Virus record (IMG/VR): IMGVR_UViG_3300020533_000018
Coordinates: 1-27,021 of that record
Strand: one strand, 5' to 3'
Source: a virus
Lineage: Duplodnaviria > Caudoviricetes
Length of the DNA: 27,021 bases
The position numbers and the translations under genes were made by a program. Positions 16,981 to 25,317 of this stretch are shown here, piece by piece. Below the pieces are notes generated by a model. It made no database searches and was not told the DNA's origin. It was given only the letters and a program-made list of their open reading frames with translations. Within the stretch, counting starts at the first letter, position 1. Each line of letters opens with the position of its first letter.

Positions 16981-19091
16981 TTATAGAAATTAATATTAAT
17001 TTTTCAAATCAGGTTTTAGATATCGAAGCTAATTCAGTATCTGAAATAAATATTGATTTTAAAACTACACAAGTTCGAGTGAGTGCGGTTGGTGCGTTGC
17101 AGTTTGGAGGGTCAACTCAAGGCGGAGTCGGTGAATGGGGTTATATTACAGGCGATATTGAAAACCAAACGGATTTAATAGACTACATTGAAAATAATAG
17201 CGGAGGTATAGAATCGGTAACTGGTGATATAGTAGACAATACAGACCCTGCAAATCCAATAGTTAACACGCCAACATTTAATGAAGTACTTGCGGAGGAC
17301 AATGAAACAGATGGTCAAGATATTTCAATTAGCGATGGTGACCAAATACAATTTGACAATTACTCAAGAATAAGAAAAGGGGCAACAGATGCAGGATTAG
17401 GAGGTCAAAAAGGCGTTGCATTAGTTTGCTCAATAGATTACGAATTAAAATGGGAAGCTGGTAGGCAATATGTAATGCAGCAAGACGGCTTTACAATTCG
17501 TGAAGTTAGCCATAATTTTACAGTCACTCCAACTGTAAATGACGATGATACTAAAGGCTTTGTTCAAGATAGCAGATGGATATTAGACGATGGAACTGTT
17601 TATGTTTGCTCTGATGCGACAACAGGCGCAGCAGTTTGGGGTGCAATTACAAATGGAACAGTAACTTCGGTAGGGTTAACAATGCCAAGTGCATTTACTG
17701 TTGCAAATAGTCCTATTACTTCAAGTGGTGATATAGCGGTAACGGGTGCAGGATTAGTTAGTCAATATGTAAGGGGAGATGGTACGTTAGCTAATTTCCC
17801 AGCATCAACAGGCGGAGGCGCTTCGCAATCATTTTATTTGAATGGTTCGGTTTCGCAAGGTACTTTTGGAGGAATAGCATTTAAGGAAATGGACAGAGTA
17901 CCAATATTAGGTGCGGGAACTGATTTCACTATAAACACCAACGGATACATTCAATCTTTTATAACGGATGCAAATGTTCCTAATCAATTAGAAATACCAG
18001 CAGGAAATTGGAACTTTGAAACCTATTTTAGTGCTTCGAGTGGAGGGGGTTCGCCATCTTTTTATGTAGAATTATACAAATGGAACGGAACGACATTATC
18101 TTTAATTGCATCTAATTCAGCAAATCCTGAAGGCATTACAAATGGTACAGTTACTGATTTATATATAAGTGCTTTAGCAGTTCCACAAACAGCATTATTA
18201 GCAACTGATAGATTAGCTATTCGTATCTATGTAAACAATAGCGGTCGCACGATTACTTTGCACACTGAAAATAATCACCTTTGCCAAGTTATTACTACAT
18301 TTTCAACAGGCATAACTGCATTAAATGGATTAACCGACCAAGTGCAAAATTTATCAGTTGGAACAAGCGGAACTGATTTTGCGATTAGTTCAATAAGTCC
18401 AACGCACACATTTAATTTACCAACAGCAAGTGCATCAAATAGAGGAGCTTTAAGTTCCGCAGACTGGACAACTTTTAATGGCAAACAAGATACAATAACA
18501 GTTAATAATGTAGGAACTTTAGTAAATGGTTCGGCTGCTGCTACTCCAAATGACACCGATTTAGTTGCAACAGTTGAAAGTAGTGTACTAAAGAAAATAA
18601 CTTGGACTAATGTAAAGGCTTTTTTAAAGACTTATTTTGATACTATTTACCAAGCAAATACTTTTTTATATATAACAACGGGAAACCAAACAACAACAAG
18701 TGGAATAGGCTCACCTGTTAATATAACAGGCTTATCTATGACATTGTTGCCAAACAAGAGATATTTTATTTTTGGACAGTTTATGCTGCTTGGCGTTAGT
18801 GGTGGAACAAGAGTTGGAATAACTATACCGTCTGGCGCAACCGCAAAAGTGGGCAACATGGGAAGGACAACAAGCAGTACTGCATTTGCAAGTGCTGTTA
18901 TATCAACAGGGGGGTTAATCATTGCCAATTTAGCAGGTTTAGGTGGCGTTGATTCCTTTATTGATATAAAAGGCGAAGTAACAACAGATATTAATGGGGG
19001 TACTTTAAATTTTACTTTTGCAAGTGGTTCAACTGGCAATCTTTCAACTATATATCAGCAAGGAACATTTATAGAAGTAAAAGAAATATGA
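16977..19091 (+). CDS. Tail fibre / receptor-binding protein
   Basis: 704 aa, Gly/Thr/Ser-rich and mosaic, with fibre-type motifs GTVTSVGLTMP, QYVRGDG and RGALSSADWTTFNGKQD. Confidence 0.75.
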   Translation: MIIEININFSNQVLDIEANSVSEINIDFKTTQVRVSAVGALQFGGSTQGGVGEWGYITGDIENQTDLIDYIENNSGGIESVTGDIVDNTDPANPIVNTPTFNEVLAEDNETDGQDISISDGDQIQFDNYSRIRKGATDAGLGGQKGVALVCSIDYELKWEAGRQYVMQQDGFTIREVSHNFTVTPTVNDDDTKGFVQDSRWILDDGTVYVCSDATTGAAVWGAITNGTVTSVGLTMPSAFTVANSPITSSGDIAVTGAGLVSQYVRGDGTLANFPASTGGGASQSFYLNGSVSQGTFGGIAFKEMDRVPILGAGTDFTINTNGYIQSFITDANVPNQLEIPAGNWNFETYFSASSGGGSPSFYVELYKWNGTTLSLIASNSANPEGITNGTVTDLYISALAVPQTALLATDRLAIRIYVNNSGRTITLHTENNHLCQVITTFSTGITALNGLTDQVQNLSVGTSGTDFAISSISPTHTFNLPTASASNRGALSSADWTTFNGKQDTITVNNVGTLVNGSAAATPNDTDLVATVESSVLKKITWTNVKAFLKTYFDTIYQANTFLYITTGNQTTTSGIGSPVNITGLSMTLLPNKRYFIFGQFMLLGVSGGTRVGITIPSGATAKVGNMGRTTSSTAFASAVISTGGLIIANLAGLGGVDSFIDIKGEVTTDINGGTLNFTFASGSTGNLSTIYQQGTFIEVKEI

Positions 19092-19270
19092 TAGGAGTAA
19101 AAGCCATAGAAATCAATGGGGCAAAAGAGCCAAAGGAAATTCCAAATACAAAGTTTGGAAATCATTTCGATGGTGAAAAGTTCTATTTTTTTGAGAGTGA
19201 AGAAGAGCGAAAAGCATTTTATGATGAGTTAATTAAAAACCAACCGATAGAAGATGAGATTGTGGAGTGA
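19088..19270 (+). CDS. Small hypothetical protein (possible fibre chaperone)
   Basis: 60 aa with ATGA overlap to the fibre stop. Confidence 0.55.
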   Translation: MIGVKAIEINGAKEPKEIPNTKFGNHFDGEKFYFFESEEERKAFYDELIKNQPIEDEIVE

Positions 19271-19520
19271 TTTATATGCGACTTTTTCAACAGAAAAAAG
19301 TTATTTAAGTTCAAAGAAAATTGAACGCTTTGTTTCATTTACCAGTGCGACATTGATAATCGTAATTTATGCTACATTAAGACTTTGTTGTGTGGCGTGT
19401 GTAAATGGATTTGACACTGGTTCTATTGTTTTATTAAGTTCGACATTGTATGGCTATGGAGCGTACAATTCATTTTTATTGCGAAAAGAAAAAAACGACA
19501 CGAATGAAAACCAGTCATGA
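19254..19520 (+). CDS. Putative holin
   Basis: 88 aa with an SSKK motif, two hydrophobic segments and a charged C-terminus, upstream of the endolysin. Confidence 0.65.
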   Translation: MRLWSDLYATFSTEKSYLSSKKIERFVSFTSATLIIVIYATLRLCCVACVNGFDTGSIVLLSSTLYGYGAYNSFLLRKEKNDTNENQS

Positions 19521-19761
19521 AGTAAATATACCAACTTCAATTTTGTTGGCAATTATTAGCTTTTTTTTAGTAAAGACTTATAATCGAGTTGAGGAAATTT
19601 CAAGTAGACAATACGAATTTGAAAAGCGAATAACAAGAATGGAAACAAAGTTATTTGGCGAAAATATGCCAAAGGAAAAGCAAATATGCTTTCCAAAGGT
19701 TTACGCTGTTTTGAGTTTTGGGAAAAAGAAAAGGGACTCCGATGTGGAATCCCAATCCTAA
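19504..19761 (+). CDS. Single-TM coiled-coil protein in the lysis cassette (holin/antiholin-like); start likely 19504
   Basis: MKTSHEVNIPTSILLAIISFFLVK followed by heptad pattern ...EKRITRMETK. Confidence 0.55.
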   Translation: MKTSHEVNIPTSILLAIISFFLVKTYNRVEEISSRQYEFEKRITRMETKLFGENMPKEKQICFPKVYAVLSFGKKKRDSDVESQS

Positions 19762-19794
19762 CCAAAAACCAAATGAAAGGACAAATATAAGAAA

Positions 19795-20301
19795 ATGAAA
19801 TTAAGTACAAATTTTTCTTTATCGGAATTTACAGCATCCGAAACGGCAATGAAAAATGGATTTGCCGAACAATACAACCCGCCTTTAGAAGTAGTTAACA
19901 ATTTAAAGAAGTTAGCAGAAAACTTAGCCGAACCAATAAGAGCAAAATTTGGCTCATTCAGCCCGACAGTAGCTTACCGATGCAAACGAACAAATGATAA
20001 GGTAGGGGGTGCATCAAAGAGCGAACATTTAAGAGGGCAAGCATTTGATGAAACATTTATAAAAGACAAAGTAAATATATCTGGTCAAGTATTTTTATGG
20101 CTTTTAAATTCAGGATTAAAATGGTCGAAATTGATTTGGGAGTTTGGCGATGACAATAATCCACGTTGGCTACATATAGGGTACGATGAAACGAATTTGA
20201 ATAATGAGATTTTAATAGCAAAAAAGAATACCTTTGGCAAAACTATTTACATAAATTATAAAGGCTCAAATTTAGAAACCAAACACAAAGCAAATGCGTA
20301 G
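19795..20301 (+). CDS. Endolysin, peptidase M15 family
   Basis: Motifs LSTNFSLSEF, YRC, VGGASKSEHLRGQAFD (SxH..D) and WLHIGY. Confidence 0.9.
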   Translation: MKLSTNFSLSEFTASETAMKNGFAEQYNPPLEVVNNLKKLAENLAEPIRAKFGSFSPTVAYRCKRTNDKVGGASKSEHLRGQAFDETFIKDKVNISGQVFLWLLNSGLKWSKLIWEFGDDNNPRWLHIGYDETNLNNEILIAKKNTFGKTIYINYKGSNLETKHKANA

Positions 20302-20911
20302 ATTAAATTACGACCTTTTAGCCTTATTAGGCATTACTTTATTACTTGGCTTGTTGCTGGGTGCTTATATAACAAATGAACTTAAAATATGCGATTCTGT
20401 TGTTTATTCAAAGGTTGAGTATAGAGATTCGATAGTAGTGAAAGATACGATTACTATAACCTTAATAAAAGGCAAACCAACGAAAGTAAAAACTAAACCT
20501 TTTACCGATACGACAAATAATGTCTTGACAAATAATGTCAATTGCCTTGACACTAATTATTTTGAAACCTTTAGTTTTCATCCTGATTCATTTAGAGCAA
20601 GAATGACAGCAACGGTAACGGCAAATGAAATAATAGATGTATCGGTTGAGTTTAAAAACTTGAAACCCGATATTATAAAGATAGTTGAACGGACTAATAC
20701 AATCGAAAAGAAACAATCATTAGTTAAAGTTTATGCTGGGCTTTATGGAGGGGTGGCTTTAAAAGGGCAAACGCTGGCAAATTACAGAGGCGGAGTAGCT
20801 TTTGATGCAATTATATCAGATAAGCATTTAGTAGGCTTAAATGGCGGTATAAATAACAATTTACAACCTGAAATTGGTATAAGATTCAGCCAAAAAATAA
20901 GATTCAAATGA
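20294..20911 (+). CDS. Putative spanin-like lysis accessory protein
   Basis: N-terminal TM helix, extended linker and C-terminal amphipathic Gly/aromatic beta strands, directly after the endolysin. Confidence 0.5.
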   Translation: MRRLNYDLLALLGITLLLGLLLGAYITNELKICDSVVYSKVEYRDSIVVKDTITITLIKGKPTKVKTKPFTDTTNNVLTNNVNCLDTNYFETFSFHPDSFRARMTATVTANEIIDVSVEFKNLKPDIIKIVERTNTIEKKQSLVKVYAGLYGGVALKGQTLANYRGGVAFDAIISDKHLVGLNGGINNNLQPEIGIRFSQKIRFK

Positions 20912-22140
20912 CTTTAAAACAACTGATTCAGGAAAACCCTCAAATACAGGGTGAAAGTCAACGTGCTTATGCTCGAAGATTAGCAGCATTTGGGGTGGGA
21001 ACTTACAACTCATTAAGATGTGCTATCCAATCTGAAATGGTCACAGTCAAACAAACGCTCAAAGGCAGTGAAATAGTTGGCGAAGTTCAAAAATTAGTCA
21101 CTCCGAGTATTGATATTCCTGACAATTTCGCAATAAAAAGAATATCCACTAACATAAACAGTCAACAACAGTGGGTAATTGCAGAGCCTGAAAAGAATCG
21201 GGAACTAACTATTGAAGAAATCAAAGAATGCCTAAAGGAATTAGACTTTAGCAAAATAAATAAGGTTTACACTAAAGTACCGGTTGTAAAGTCTGACAAT
21301 GTGTTGAGAGTAATTATAACGGATGTTCACGTTGGTATGGAAACTAATGAAGACGGGAACGGATTATATGGTGAGGTGTGGAACGAAAAAGTTTTAACTG
21401 AAAGGGCAGGTATAATTTGCACCAAAATTGCACAATTCACAAAAAGTAAACAGTATAAAGAAATTCACTTAATTAATTTGGGTGACTTCATGGACGGATG
21501 GGATGGGCAAACAGTCCGCAAAGGTCATAACCTCCCGCAAAACATGGACAATAAAAAGGCGTTCAAAGTGGGGGTCAATTTTTTTGTTGAATTATTTGCG
21601 AAATTGTCAACATTTAACTTGAAAATAGTAGTTCATTCGATTACTAATTCTAACCACTCGAATGACTTTGATTATATCGTAAATTATTCAGCTAAAGAGA
21701 TTCTGAAAGCTAAGTACGGAAATATCGAATACAACATTTATCAGCGATTTATAGGGCATTACATCATAGGAAAACACGCTTTTATCCTATCACATGGCAA
21801 AGATTCAAAGAACCTTAAATTCGGATTTAAACCGATACTGGACGCAAAGCAAAAAGATAAAATTAAAGAGTACATCAAACACCATAACTTAGATAAGTAT
21901 TATTGCACGTTTGAAAAAGGCGATACACACCTCCAACTCATAGATAACATGACTATTGATAATTGCGATTACCATAATTACTTGGCGCTTTCTCCTGCAA
22001 GTGAGTGGGTTCAAACTAACTTTAGCAAAGGTCGCTCTGGATTCAACATTATGGAAGTCAATTTGAATGAAAACGAAAAAGGATTAACAACTTTCTATTT
22101 TGACTGGCAAAAACCAAAAGACTATGACTTTGGCAGTTAA
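20908..22140 (+). CDS. Calcineurin-like metallophosphoesterase with N-terminal HTH-like extension
   Basis: Motifs DVHVG, GDFMDG, SNH, SHG and GDTH. Confidence 0.8.
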   Translation: MTLKQLIQENPQIQGESQRAYARRLAAFGVGTYNSLRCAIQSEMVTVKQTLKGSEIVGEVQKLVTPSIDIPDNFAIKRISTNINSQQQWVIAEPEKNRELTIEEIKECLKELDFSKINKVYTKVPVVKSDNVLRVIITDVHVGMETNEDGNGLYGEVWNEKVLTERAGIICTKIAQFTKSKQYKEIHLINLGDFMDGWDGQTVRKGHNLPQNMDNKKAFKVGVNFFVELFAKLSTFNLKIVVHSITNSNHSNDFDYIVNYSAKEILKAKYGNIEYNIYQRFIGHYIIGKHAFILSHGKDSKNLKFGFKPILDAKQKDKIKEYIKHHNLDKYYCTFEKGDTHLQLIDNMTIDNCDYHNYLALSPASEWVQTNFSKGRSGFNIMEVNLNENEKGLTTFYFDWQKPKDYDFGS

Positions 22141-22342
22141 TTTTTGTTGGATATTTTTTGTTGAAGATGATTCAGGCGAAAGAATTAATATCACTGTAAT
22201 GTCGGACACTTACCCTAATGCTATTACTAAGATAAAAGGGATGGGAATACCCTATCTAAAAACGTGGTCTAATGTGAATGATGCTCTTAAATTAGTCGAG
22301 ATATACGAGACCGAAACAGATGAAGAGTACTTAGGGGAATAA
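22124..22342 (+). CDS. Hypothetical protein (start likely 22124)
   Basis: ORF overlapping the previous stop and ending before a terminator. Confidence 0.55.
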   Translation: MTLAVNFCWIFFVEDDSGERINITVMSDTYPNAITKIKGMGIPYLKTWSNVNDALKLVEIYETETDEEYLGE

Positions 22343-22361
22343 ATAAATTTCGTTATTTTAT

Positions 22362-22388
22362 AAGGGTTGCAGAGATGCGACCTTTTTT
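22362..22388 (+). terminator. Rho-independent terminator ending the late region
   Basis: GGTTGCA-GAGA-TGCGACC followed by TTTTTT. Confidence 0.85.
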
Positions 22389-22398
22389 ATTTTAGATA

Positions 22399-22407
22399 TG
22401 TGGATAA
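22399..22407 (-). promoter_or_regulatory. Perfect DnaA box (TTATCCACA)
   Basis: TGTGGATAA on the + strand, in the late/early intergenic gap. Confidence 0.5.
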
Positions 22408-22417
22408 CTTTTTGCTG

Positions 22418-22454
22418 TATTTATTTTTGATTATCAGAATTAAATATACTTTTG
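22418..22454 (+). promoter_or_regulatory. Early promoter 1 (TActTTTG at 22447-22454)
   Basis: Consensus -7 box. The 37-nt block is 30/37 identical to 23628-23664. Confidence 0.75.
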
Positions 22455-22483
22455 TGTCATTATTAACCTCAAAAACAAAACAA

Positions 22484-22717
22484 ATGAAAGCGAAAGTAAA
22501 CACAAAAAGCAACTACAAAGGATTAAATGGTCAGTGGTTAGAAGTAAAAGAAATTGTTGGAACAAGAGTAACCTGCATTGTAACATTTGCGGAATTTGGA
22601 AAACAAAGTGTAGATTTTACTTTAAAAGAAGTTACTGAATTGGATACAACCAAATCAGTAGAAACTAACCTTAACCCAATTTTTGAACAAGCATTAAAAC
22701 CTTTTTGCATAAATTAA
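22484..22717 (+). CDS. Small early protein, 77 aa (SH3/KOW-like pattern; start corrected from 22367)
   Basis: ATG follows the leader AAAAACAAAACAA. The upstream TTG lies in the terminator. Confidence 0.7.
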   Translation: MKAKVNTKSNYKGLNGQWLEVKEIVGTRVTCIVTFAEFGKQSVDFTLKEVTELDTTKSVETNLNPIFEQALKPFCIN

Positions 22718-22772
22718 TACTATGGGGCGCAGCATCCTACACTGCATTTTTTAAAACCTAAAAACAAAACAA

Positions 22773-22931
22773 ATGACAAACGAAGAAAGAAAGCAATTAA
22801 CGGAGTACATTAAAACGAATTTAAGCACTTCTCAAAAGATGTGGGAAAATGAAGAATCCCACGCTAAAATAATCGGAATGCTGGAAGGAACTTTAAAAAG
22901 CATTTTAATCCATTTAGAAATTAACCATTAA
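22773..22931 (+). CDS. Small early protein, 52 aa (not in ORF track)
   Basis: MTNEERKQLTEYIKTNLSTSQKMWENEESHAKIIGMLEGTLKSILIHLEINH, with the same AAAAACAAAACAAATG leader. Confidence 0.75.
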   Translation: MTNEERKQLTEYIKTNLSTSQKMWENEESHAKIIGMLEGTLKSILIHLEINH

Positions 22932-22942
22932 AACCAAAACAA

Positions 22943-23152
22943 ATGACAGCACAATACATTATTTTCGGAATCATTTTAACCATTGTTTTTGGCTCTTTAC
23001 TTGCACTATTCACTAAGTTAATTCTAATTGAATTGCGTGAATGCGACAAATCAGAACTTGAACCAATGGGAACGAAAACGTGTGAAAATTCACAACAATT
23101 AGAATTTAACACTTGGGCAAATTATATTCACTCTCACAATCGCACAAAATGA
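22943..23152 (+). CDS. Small membrane-anchored early protein
   Basis: N-terminal TM helix and AAAACCAAAACAAATG leader. Confidence 0.7.
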   Translation: MTAQYIIFGIILTIVFGSLLALFTKLILIELRECDKSELEPMGTKTCENSQQLEFNTWANYIHSHNRTK

Positions 23153-23346
23153 AAAAAAGAGAAATCACAGGACTTGCTAAAATAGTAAGGACTTCAAAAA
23201 AAGGCTCAAAAGTAATTGTAGCAGCCTATCTCAAAGGCAAAGAACTTATTGATACCTTTTCCGAAATGGCTTATTTGTACGGCAAAGAAACCTTAGAAAT
23301 ACAGCCTATCAATGAGGTTGAGCATTTTCATCACCAATTAAATTAA
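23149..23346 (+). CDS. Hypothetical protein (start likely 23149)
   Basis: ATGA overlap with the previous stop. Confidence 0.65.
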   Translation: MKKREITGLAKIVRTSKKGSKVIVAAYLKGKELIDTFSEMAYLYGKETLEIQPINEVEHFHHQLN

Positions 23347-23390
23347 ACACAATCGTATATTAACGTATCAAATCATCTCAAAATTAAACA

Positions 23391-23627
23391 ATGAAAAAAA
23401 AGACTCCAGAAAAAATGCTCGAATTGAGCGCAAAGACAATTTCTTTAATCAGAAAAAACCGCAGCGTAAAACTCAAATTAATGGTCGCTAATGAGTGCAG
23501 TGAGGGTACTCTGCAACGCTGGTTAGATAACAATGACCAACAATTAACACAAGCGACCAACCTTAATATAATCATGCACTACATCGACATTCAGGAGCAT
23601 GAAGTATTGACTGAAAAAAAAGTTTGA
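23391..23627 (+). CDS. Putative HTH DNA-binding protein
   Basis: LMVANECSEGTLQRWL resembles an HTH recognition motif. Confidence 0.6.
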   Translation: MKKKTPEKMLELSAKTISLIRKNRSVKLKLMVANECSEGTLQRWLDNNDQQLTQATNLNIIMHYIDIQEHEVLTEKKV

Positions 23628-23664
23628 TATTTATTTTTAATTATCAAAAAAGAATGTATTTTTG
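23628..23664 (+). promoter_or_regulatory. Early promoter 2 (TAttTTTG at 23657-23664)
   Basis: Consensus -7 box in a homologous copy of 22418-22454. Confidence 0.75.
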
Positions 23665-23683
23665 AATACTAAACCAATAAACA

Positions 23684-23941
23684 ATGAAAAAAACAGACTA
23701 CGAATTTACCTTTGAGGGGTACAACTTTATGGCTACATTTAAGGTATATCCAAATGGAGTATCAGTAACAGAATTATTACTTGAATCAGGAATTGATGAC
23801 GAGTTAATACCAGTTACGGATTTACAGCGAATTTATCTTATTGAAAATCATTTAGCCGAAAAGTTCAAAGCAGAGATTGAAGAGATGCAAGAAATGGATG
23901 AGCTGGATATTGATGACATGAAATACCACGCTAACAAATGA
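23684..23941 (+). CDS. Acidic hypothetical protein
   Basis: 85 aa, D/E-rich, with an A/C-rich leader. Confidence 0.7.
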   Translation: MKKTDYEFTFEGYNFMATFKVYPNGVSVTELLLESGIDDELIPVTDLQRIYLIENHLAEKFKAEIEEMQEMDELDIDDMKYHANK

Positions 23942-24042
23942 GATTCTGTAACTACTTTTGCTCGTTGGGTTGGATTGCTCAATTAGCTATTTACTTTTTA
24001 TTATTCACCGCTGTTATTTTAGTAGCAGCATTAATCAAATAA
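23938..24042 (+). CDS. 34-aa hydrophobic peptide (not in ORF track)
   Basis: MRFCNYFCSLGWIAQLAIYFLLFTAVILVAALIK. It has an ATGA overlap and fills the gap before erf. Confidence 0.6.
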   Translation: MRFCNYFCSLGWIAQLAIYFLLFTAVILVAALIK

Positions 24043-24047
24043 ACCAA

Positions 24048-24596
24048 ATGAAAACAAGTCAAACAATCACCAAAATTTCAACCGCCTTATTAAAGGCTCA
24101 ATCTGAAATGGGAACGGCATCTAAAGGTGCTGCAAATCCATTCTTTAAAAGTAAATATGCAGACTTAAACGCTATTCGAGAGGCGTGTATGCCAGCATTA
24201 TTAGCTAATCAAATAACATTGTTGCAGCCTACTATTTCTATTGACGGCAAAAACTATGTAGAAACCATTTTGATTCATGAGAGTGGCGAATGGCTTTCTT
24301 GCGAAACTGAAATAATCTATTCAAAGGTAAATGATGCGCAATCGCAAGGTAGCGGAATCACTTATGCAAGACGTTATGGAATGCAATCATTCTTAAATGT
24401 TGGAGCGGATGACGATGACGGCAATAAAGCATCTATGCCAGCAAATGACCCTATATTAATCGAAATTCAAAAGAAGCTATCTAAATGTAATAACCTTGAC
24501 GAATTAGGCATATTATACGATTCTTTACTTCCAGTTGAGCAAAACAAATCAAAAGCATTATTCACTAAACGTAAAATAGAACTAAATGGAAAATAG
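24048..24596 (+). CDS. erf: ERF-family single-strand annealing protein (start corrected from 23958)
   Basis: Motifs NPFFKSKYADL, LIHESGEW, GSGITYARRY and DDDG. Confidence 0.93.
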   Translation: MKTSQTITKISTALLKAQSEMGTASKGAANPFFKSKYADLNAIREACMPALLANQITLLQPTISIDGKNYVETILIHESGEWLSCETEIIYSKVNDAQSQGSGITYARRYGMQSFLNVGADDDDGNKASMPANDPILIEIQKKLSKCNNLDELGILYDSLLPVEQNKSKALFTKRKIELNGK

Positions 24597-25317
24597 GAAT
24601 GGAATGTTTACTGCAAGTAGAATAGGAGATTTACTGGCAGCGGGAACGGGCAAAACCGCACTCAATTATATCTTTGAGATAGCTGAAAACTTAAACGGAT
24701 TAAAAAAAGAAGTTAGCACCAAACCAATGTTACATGGTATAGTTAACGAAGTGACGGCAATAGAGATATTGACTTCGATTCACGGAGGCGAACCAAACCA
24801 AAAATTCTATAAAGTCAATGACAAGTTAGGGGCTACTCCTGATGCTATTTTAGAGGGCAAATGGATTGCGGATTCTAAGTGTCAATACTCAATATTCAAT
24901 TACTTTGAACAATGCGATAAATTAGCTAAAAAGTACTATCTTCAATTACAAGTTCAAATGATGGCTTTGAAAGTTGATTATGGCTATCTGATTAACTACT
25001 TAACTAAACCTGAAGAATTTGGACAGGATGACTGGAGCGAATACCCTTTCCCTTTAGAAGAAAGATTTTTTATTCATGAAGTCCCAAAAGATGAGGAAAT
25101 TTGGGACAAGATTTTAGCGACTTGCGAAGAAAAATATCCTTTAATCGGGTTTGCGGATGAGTTGCTAAGGAACGCTAAAGTAATGGATGATGACGAGTTT
25201 TTTTATATGCAATTTGTGAGTAAAAAAAGGTATCAAAAGCTAAAGGACATTAACTGGGTGAACTGGGATGGAGAAGTAATTATTAACGATAAAACAGCGT
25301 GGATATGCAAACAATGA
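24586..25317 (+). CDS. YqaJ/lambda-exonuclease family nuclease
   Basis: Motifs FTASRI, HGIVNE, GATPDA, DSKC and YYLQLQVQM, adjacent to erf. Confidence 0.85.
   Translation: MENRNGMFTASRIGDLLAAGTGKTALNYIFEIAENLNGLKKEVSTKPMLHGIVNEVTAIEILTSIHGGEPNQKFYKVNDKLGATPDAILEGKWIADSKCQYSIFNYFEQCDKLAKKYYLQLQVQMMALKVDYGYLINYLTKPEEFGQDDWSEYPFPLEERFFIHEVPKDEEIWDKILATCEEKYPLIGFADELLRNAKVMDDDEFFYMQFVSKKRYQKLKDINWVNWDGEVIINDKTAWICKQ

Noticed and set aside
16977-19091. Diversity-generating retroelement target in the tail fibre
   Set aside because: No reverse transcriptase is present and no template/variable repeat pair was noticed in the window.
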